Source: Phyllobates terribilis
Taxonomy: Eukaryota
Length of the DNA: 64,000 bases
Reading direction: 5' to 3'
Assembly: GCF_046119375.1 (NCBI RefSeq)
Contig: NW_027362767.1
Coordinates: forward strand, 421,290,001-421,354,000
Numbering within the stretch: the first letter of the stretch is position 1; every line of letters starts with the position of its first letter. Shown in pieces: positions 62,881 through 64,000 of this stretch. The notes beneath the pieces are model-generated. The model saw nothing but the letters and a program-made list of their open reading frames with translations. It was not told the DNA's origin and ran no database searches. The position numbers and the translations under genes were made by a program.

Positions 62881-62934
62881 ATCCCTGGAGTTTACTCATG
62901 ATTAACCTTACACTAAGTCCTTAATTGGCAATTA
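62881..62934 (-). promoter_or_regulatory. Candidate OR promoter motif cluster (O/E-like plus homeodomain sites)
   Basis: ATCCCTGGAG at 62881-62890; TAATTG at 62922-62927 and its inverse CAATTA at 62929-62934. Confidence 0.45.
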
Positions 62935-63404
62935 GGGAATAGTTACATTAATTTTAGATACGTCTTCATAATAAATATTCAGGCGTCTGTTCTCTTGGGT
63001 CTGTAATACTGCAGCTAAGAAAACCATCAGTAAATTCCGACTGAAGTCGTAAAAAAAAAGTTGACTGTTATTTTTCTAATGTGAATAGGTGAAATATTCT
63101 GTGCTGATCAATATATTCTTGTTGGGTTCGGAGATCTAGTTTTCTGATATCCAACTCCAAATTCTGTTGAGTTAACAGCACACTCTGCGAGGTTCTAAAT
63201 GCAGATGAGCGAATATTTCAATGATTGGATTACGATCGCCGATTTTGCAATATTTGCCGAACATATCCGAACGCCATTGGATTCAATGGGAGGCAAAACC
63301 AAACGCGCACACACCTTCAAACGGGCCCAAAAGCTGCCAAAACACATCAAATTAGGGGCAGACACCAGGAAAGTGCCATCAATTGACCCAGAGTACAAGT
63401 AGTA

Positions 63405-64000
63405 GTATAATATTTATTATAGCACCATTTATTCCATGACGCTTTACATGTGAAAAGGGGTCACCGACTGGTACAAGAGGAGAGGGGACCCTGCCCGCGA
63501 GGGCGCACAAACAATCTATAAGGGATGGGCGAGGATACAGTAGGTGAGGGTAGAGCTGGTTGTGCAGCGGTATGCTGGAGTGAGGGTTACTGCAAATTGT
63601 ACGCTTGTCAGAAGGGGATCTTCAGCTTCCTTTTGAAGGTTTCTATGGTAGGCGAGAGTCTGTGTTGGAGTACAGAATTCCATAGTATGGGAGATGCACG
63701 GGACTAAGGGGGAAGTAGAGAAGGAGATCTTGTAAGGATGGGAGATTGCGCACAGGTAATTACAGGGAGACTAGGTCACAGATGTATGGAGGAGACAGGT
63801 TTTGGATGGCTTGGTATGCCAAGGTTGGGCTTTTCAACTGGAGTCTCTGGGTAACGGGGAGCCAGCGCAGGGATTGACTGAGGGGAGAAGCCAGGGAATA
63901 GCGGGGGGACAGGTGGATTAGTCGGCCAGCACAGTTTAGGATAGATTGGAGGGGTGCAAGAGTGTTAGAAGGGAGGCCACAGAGCAGGAGGCGGGAGATG
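63405..64000 (-). mobile_element. L2-type LINE 3' end
   Basis: Minus strand reads LLCGLPSNTLAPLQSILNC.ARLIHLSPRYS...WLPVTQRLQ; AT-rich tail near 63405. Confidence 0.82.

Noticed and set aside
1-64000. rRNA, tRNA or snRNA genes
   Set aside because: None recognised by eye; a tRNAscan-SE/Infernal run would be needed to exclude them formally.

Overview
Eukaryotic (vertebrate) DNA; the repeat inventory (TTAA-flanked T2-type MITEs, DIRS, fish/frog-type Tc1) and olfactory receptors point to a frog (inference). No prokaryotic features, CRISPR, rRNA or tRNA were seen. Positions 98-30716 hold the last 16 coding exons of a + strand WDR62/MAPKBP1-family WD40 gene, assembled by hand with GT-AG sites and consistent phases through to the stop. 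Two intact - strand olfactory receptor genes follow (33117-34064, 61527-62450). Between them a decayed chromodomain Ty3/Gypsy element (37245-~58090) has been inflated to ~21 kb by nested DIRS, solo LTRs, MITEs, a Helitron, a Tc1 and a Penelope-like insert. Best second-look items: a 23-bp tandem repeat that copies a real splice donor seven times; an intron-like segment conserved in the gag region of two divergent DIRS retrotransposons; a short insert with a 19-bp target duplication and a hammerhead-like motif; the paralogue identity of the WD40 gene. Protein-family comparisons are from memory and were not computed.
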